A DNA stretch of 42,539 nt from Myxococcota bacterium (GTDB lineage Bacteria; Myxococcota_A; Polyangia; JAAYKL01), in NCBI GenBank assembly GCA_025453525.1, contig JALOQD010000028.1, positions 1 to 42,539 of the forward strand, in the 5' to 3' direction. The translations under genes were made by a program, and so were the position numbers. Under the pieces are notes generated by a model that was given only the letters and a program-made list of their open reading frames with translations, did no database searches and was not told the DNA's origin. Of this stretch, positions 37,861 to 42,539 are shown one piece after another. Position 1 is the stretch's first letter, and every line of letters starts with the position of its first letter.

Positions 37861-40800
37861 CTAGAATTCGCATATATTTTTCACATAGTATGCCGTCAGA
37901 GAAGCACTTGGAGTTCCCAAGGCGACTCCAAACTCCATAAACGAAGTCGCATTAAGTAAGTTGTTATTGCGATCTTCTGGGAAGAGCATATCGCCTATCT
38001 GAGCGGAAAATAGGGCGGAGCCTGAAGCACCAAAATTCCAACCGGTAGTGGGGTCATTAAATGAGAAATGTATAGAAAGACCGCCACCAGGGGTTCCCGC
38101 TCCACCTCCGCCATAAACGAACAATCCCGTGCTACCAATCATAACGCCCGCAGTTCCAACAGCCCCATAATGGCCGCCAGTAAAATTGATGTCGATGTAC
38201 CACAACCCCATCGGGTCAAAATAATTGATGGGATCCGCGGCCACATACCCATAAAGATTCGCATCCCCACCCGCAAACCGAATGGGATCCTTCGCGGTCC
38301 ACCTTCCTGTGAACGCATCGTAGTCCCGAGCTCCAAAGCGGACGAGCTTGGTGTCTGGGTCGTACAAACCACCGGCGAATCCGAAGGGCTGGAAGCCTTT
38401 TCGGTTGTCTGAGAGCACGTTTCCGAACTCGTCGTAGGTCATTTTTTGAGCAATGGTTCCGCTGTTCACATCCACCACCAGCCTGGGACTGCCCAGATGG
38501 TTGGTGATGATACGGTAGGTCTTCCAGTTGGTGCCGTCCAGCTTTCGGCTGATCATGAAATCCGGGACATTGACCCTGGTCGCGTAGACGAAGCGACTCA
38601 CGACCTTGTTGCTCGAGTCCAACTCGGCGACGATTTGGAGCTGCTTGCCCCACAAATAGCCTCTGTTCTTTTGGGTCGGAGTGACGCTGCTCTGCTTGGC
38701 CACCCGCCGGCCCAAGGCATCGTGGGTGTAGGTCAGAACCTCACCGCTGGGCAGGGTGACTTTCGATAGGTTTCCGAAAACGTCATAGACATAAGTCGTC
38801 GCCGGCTGGGTGCCTTGTTTCTTCGTCGCAAGCTCGCCGTTGGCGGTGTAGGTGAAAGTCAAGTTGCCGTATTGAGTCAGGCGGTCCTGCGCGTCGTAGG
38901 TTCCCACGCGGGAAACCGTTGTGCCGCTTCGCAGGTCATGGTGAACTGCGCGAGCGCCATTGAGCTCGAATACAGAACCGTTTTCGTCGAAGGTGTAGTC
39001 ATACTCCGATACGAGAACCGCGTTTTCCTCAACGGCCTCGAGTCGGCCGGCGTCGTCATACTCGAAGGTCATGTCCTTCTGGACTCCTTCCGCGGTCTCG
39101 GTGATGGCACTGATACGCCCTAGGCCATCATACTCATAGCTATTTGAATACATCACGGTTCCGTTGTAGGTCCACGTCTCGCCCTTGATTTCGCCAAAGG
39201 CGTTGGGCTCGCGAAGGCTCGAGAGACCTCCCAACTTGGTTGCCTGCAACAGTCCGTTGTCGGGCCTAGGTGTCAGCGTCATGGCTCCGGCGCTTGTGAG
39301 GAGTCTGTCGTCGTCGCGACCATAGATCACCTCACTGTCCGTCCATCCGGAGGCCACAATCTGCTCTTTTTCAACCGCAAAGTCGCTGTTGTAAGTCCAT
39401 GTGACCTTGCCATCGAGCAGGCCCGGACCGTCCAATGCGACGCTGGTCACCAGATCCGCGTCATAGGTGAAATCGAGCGCGGTCTGCCCGTAGGTCAGAG
39501 CCTTGAGAGAGGCTGGATTCGGGTCTTCCGGCGTGGGGGAGTAATCGAAGTCTATCTGGGGGGTGTTGTTCACAAAGACGGTCGTCGGGCGACCAATCCC
39601 TTCTTCATACTCCACATCGATGATCGAACCATCCGGCCTCGTGATACTCGTCACTTGGTTGTCCAGGTTATAGAGGTAGTTCGTGGTATCGGGCGAAACA
39701 CCTGAAAGGTACGGCGGGTCATAGGTTTTGAGGTTATCTGCCAAGTCAAACGCGAAAACGTGGGGATCGCGACTCGGTGGCGTTACAGACTTTACGTTGC
39801 CGTTTTTGTCGTAAAGAATGCCGAACTGTGTACCGCCAGGTAGGAAGACGGTGGTCGCTCTGCCGTCTTTATCGCGGGTGTATCCCCAAGTTTGCGTTTG
39901 CGTCGCCGTTGTAGAACCTGGGAGCGCATTCGACTGCTTCAAGGTTTCCACGTAGCCGGAAGTGCTGTGATACCCAACTTCCCAAGTGCGATATCCGTCA
40001 GTGGCACCGTCTTGCCAGAGACCCTTGACTCTGCCCATGGTGTCATAGGTCACGTGTGTGTCTGCAATGCCCGTGCGCTGATACAATACAGGATCGTTTT
40101 CGGGATTGAGCGTCACTGAAAGTTTGCGCAACATTGGGGTGGTCAGCGTCCACGTGTTATCGTTCTGAGTGTAGTTTGTGACGTAGGCTTTGCCGTTGAG
40201 CGTGGTGGTTTTTTTGAAACTCGTAAGCGAGAAGACGTTCTGTTGGTTCGCCAAAGTAGCTTCCTTTGTCACATTCACTGTCTTCTGCAAGCGACTGGGA
40301 GTCCTCATCGTCGATTGGGCGACAAAAGGAGCGCTTTCGCCAAACCGCTGATCAGGCGCGTAGATTTGATCGACTTCCATCCCGTAGGTCGTGGCATCGG
40401 AAGACACGCCTGATCGAGCCAGCCTGATTTTGGTGCTCACGCCATGGATATCCTCCGACGTGTTGACCACTCCACTGGGTAGTCTGACCAGAGTCTTGGA
40501 GCTGTTTCCAGTCCACTTGGTATCAGCGAGGTACTCGGTGGAGACGCCCTCTGCCGTCGTCACGGTGGAAGCCTTCATAAAGGTGCCGCCGATGTTCTTC
40601 GATGAATCGGCCAGCGTAATACCAGACCTGCCAAGAGCGGCCGCGGCGGCGTTCGTGTCGCTTGACAGTTTTCCGGTTATTGCATCGAAAGAAAAGGTGC
40701 TCTTGTGACCGTTAGGGTCGATGTAGAACGACATGAGCCCGCCACTGCCGTAACCAAATTGATGTACAGAATTGGCAGGAGTTGTAAGCTTTGTCAAATA

Positions 40801-42539
40801 GCCATTTGCATCGAGCTCTACACCGGTGACTAAACCCATAGGTGAAACGATACGCAGGAGTTTGCCGGCGGCATCGCGAACAAATCTAGTAGTATTATCA
40901 TAGGCGTCCTTTACCTCAGTAAGACGCCCTGAAACGTAGGTGAACCTTGACTTTGAAGCATTCGTAAATAGGTCTTTCGTTTCAGAATGCCGAAGGTAGC
41001 CATCACTAGCAAACAAATACATCTCATTTTGAGGTTCATCGATCAATACAAGCTCGGCCGGGTTGCCCTCTTCCCGTCTAAAAATTTGTGCGTAGGATGG
41101 ACGGCCAACACTGAGCCCACCCCTAGGTGTTGTAAGGAGTGTGCCATCTTTGGACACTATTACCGTACTACTTGTATTGGGGAGCAAGGTGAGGAGGCCA
41201 GTCCCCGATTTGGAAAGATCCCCGCAGCCTTTTCCTACAACTGTTGAAACAAATCCGCTGGCATCGATTTTTCGAATCCGACAAACATCGGCAGTTTCTC
41301 CGCCTGCTTGGTATTGGGAAAAAAAGACATTATCGTCATTATCCACACCAAAATCAGAAACCATAGAAGTGTAGGCCTGATCGGCTGGGCCATAATCTCC
41401 ACCCCACACGCTAAAGCCATCTGGACGAGCTTTGAGCAGCGTGTCAATTGTTCCACTTGGCCGCCTACGCTCAATCGTATAGTAATAGCCATTTTGACCT
41501 TGATCGCGCATGAGGATATATAAGGAACCGTTTTTTCCAACGGTGATTCGTTGAGGTCCGATATAGGAACTTTGGCCCAATTTTTCTACATGGTCCACAA
41601 TTCCGTCTGCCGCAATTCTGATTAAGTTGGCGTTTGGCACACCACCCTGGGGTAGTACATATAGATCGCCCGATGGGCTAAAGGCGAAATCCACTATCTT
41701 TTCGAATTTGCTACGATTAGCCCTTTGACCAAGCACGCCGAGTAGTTCGCTTCCGCAACCGGCAATCACTGAGGTTTCACCGAGATGTGCCGGGTCATTG
41801 AGCTCTACCCTAAAGATCACCCCCTTAGTGAGACCACGACTGAAATAGAAGTTACCTTGGCCATCAAAACCAGAACTTGTATCACCGTCGTCGAGTCCCA
41901 TGATTTTCCAAAGATTATTATCAAGCGATATTCCGCAGCCTGTCCCACCTAATGTGCTCAGTGTCTGCCAAAACAAGGTGGCAGTTGTCTGCAACCCACC
42001 TGAAACATATCGATATTTTAATGGTATTACCTTGCTCGTGCTTCCATCAAACGGCACGGATCGCAAAAGGGCCTGTTCGGTAAGCTGAATTTTTTGAGAA
42101 TACAGCAACCATAATGTTCCAGCGTTGTCGAATGCAAAGGCGACATTGCGCGGTTCGTTCTCTGAAACCTTCTCCCCAACACGATAGGAGCTGATAATTC
42201 CATTTCTTTGTATCTCGCCATCGCCTTTATGCACTATATATTCCGAACTCGAATAGAGATGATTTTTATTGATCATCCAGCCACCAAGGCCGAGTTTATC
42301 AACTGTTTCTCTGCTATCGCCAATTGGAATTCGGAAGCTCGTCACAGTCCGAATTGGGTTAGAACATCGATTCAAGGGTGATTTACAAAGAAAAGGGACT
42401 TGCCAACAGATGGTATTACAAAAACCCCCAAAGCGGAAACCTTCTCTGGGGACCATAGATATTCTTCTGCCACAGTACGGCTCAACCATTGCGCTGTCAG
42501 AAATCGATTGTTCAACAACTTCTGCTTCTATCTGTGCCT
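37861..42539 (-). CDS. Teneurin-like RHS/YD-repeat protein (NHL propeller + YD shell + RHS core + C-terminal domain); 5' end outside the window
   Basis: Frame is open to the right edge; LGLGGWMINKNHLY..HKGDG; NHL-like repeats; YD repeats; core GFAGGLYDPDTKLVRFGARDYDAFTGRWTAKDPIRFAGGDANLYGYVAADPINYFDPMG. Confidence 0.93.
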   Translation of the reverse strand, partial: AQIEAEVVEQSISDSAMVEPYCGRRISMVPREGFRFGGFCNTICWQVPFLCKSPLNRCSNPIRTVTSFRIPIGDSRETVDKLGLGGWMINKNHLYSSSEYIVHKGDGEIQRNGIISSYRVGEKVSENEPRNVAFAFDNAGTLWLLYSQKIQLTEQALLRSVPFDGSTSKVIPLKYRYVSGGLQTTATLFWQTLSTLGGTGCGISLDNNLWKIMGLDDGDTSSGFDGQGNFYFSRGLTKGVIFRVELNDPAHLGETSVIAGCGSELLGVLGQRANRSKFEKIVDFAFSPSGDLYVLPQGGVPNANLIRIAADGIVDHVEKLGQSSYIGPQRITVGKNGSLYILMRDQGQNGYYYTIERRRPSGTIDTLLKARPDGFSVWGGDYGPADQAYTSMVSDFGVDNDDNVFFSQYQAGGETADVCRIRKIDASGFVSTVVGKGCGDLSKSGTGLLTLLPNTSSTVIVSKDGTLLTTPRGGLSVGRPSYAQIFRREEGNPAELVLIDEPQNEMYLFASDGYLRHSETKDLFTNASKSRFTYVSGRLTEVKDAYDNTTRFVRDAAGKLLRIVSPMGLVTGVELDANGYLTKLTTPANSVHQFGYGSGGLMSFYIDPNGHKSTFSFDAITGKLSSDTNAAAAALGRSGITLADSSKNIGGTFMKASTVTTAEGVSTEYLADTKWTGNSSKTLVRLPSGVVNTSEDIHGVSTKIRLARSGVSSDATTYGMEVDQIYAPDQRFGESAPFVAQSTMRTPSRLQKTVNVTKEATLANQQNVFSLTSFKKTTTLNGKAYVTNYTQNDNTWTLTTPMLRKLSVTLNPENDPVLYQRTGIADTHVTYDTMGRVKGLWQDGATDGYRTWEVGYHSTSGYVETLKQSNALPGSTTATQTQTWGYTRDKDGRATTVFLPGGTQFGILYDKNGNVKSVTPPSRDPHVFAFDLADNLKTYDPPYLSGVSPDTTNYLYNLDNQVTSITRPDGSIIDVEYEEGIGRPTTVFVNNTPQIDFDYSPTPEDPNPASLKALTYGQTALDFTYDADLVTSVALDGPGLLDGKVTWTYNSDFAVEKEQIVASGWTDSEVIYGRDDDRLLTSAGAMTLTPRPDNGLLQATKLGGLSSLREPNAFGEIKGETWTYNGTVMYSNSYEYDGLGRISAITETAEGVQKDMTFEYDDAGRLEAVEENAVLVSEYDYTFDENGSVFELNGARAVHHDLRSGTTVSRVGTYDAQDRLTQYGNLTFTYTANGELATKKQGTQPATTYVYDVFGNLSKVTLPSGEVLTYTHDALGRRVAKQSSVTPTQKNRGYLWGKQLQIVAELDSSNKVVSRFVYATRVNVPDFMISRKLDGTNWKTYRIITNHLGSPRLVVDVNSGTIAQKMTYDEFGNVLSDNRKGFQPFGFAGGLYDPDTKLVRFGARDYDAFTGRWTAKDPIRFAGGDANLYGYVAADPINYFDPMGLWYIDINFTGGHYGAVGTAGVMIGSTGLFVYGGGGAGTPGGGLSIHFSFNDPTTGWNFGASGSALFSAQIGDMLFPEDRNNNLLNATSFMEFGVALGTPSASLTAYYVKNICEF

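Overview
High-GC bacterial DNA whose gene content points to Myxococcota (former deltaproteobacteria), possibly an anaerobe. (1) 1-6.1 kb, minus strand: a ~1410-aa 2-hydroxyacyl-CoA dehydratase activase fusion that runs off the left edge and is absent from the ORF track, then an ECF sigma / zinc-finger anti-sigma pair. (2) 6.5-22 kb, plus strand: a co-directional Agl-Glt-like envelope motor cluster (secreted protein, three large TPR proteins, ExbB/TolQ + two ExbD, GltG/AgmX-like TonB-C protein) that continues into a secreted protein, an outer-membrane beta-barrel and a short OPX polysaccharide-export lipoprotein. The first TPR gene is frameshifted, and one ExbD carries Asn at the proton-carrying Asp position. 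(3) 22-32.6 kb, mostly housekeeping: TIGR04563 small protein, alpha/beta hydrolase, DinG/YoaA helicase, ahcY, a Sua5/YciO-family protein, DedA, a secreted YihQ-like GH31 and trpB2. (4) 32.6-42.5 kb, accessory: a nucleotidyltransferase, a Y1/RAYT transposase remnant with GGGGAC ends, a beta-helix lipoprotein gene split by a 113-bp MITE, an integrase fragment, and a 5'-truncated teneurin-like RHS protein with an unrecognised C-terminal domain followed by two candidate immunity genes. No rRNA, tRNA or CRISPR array was seen. All family calls come from recognising motifs by eye; no database searches were run.
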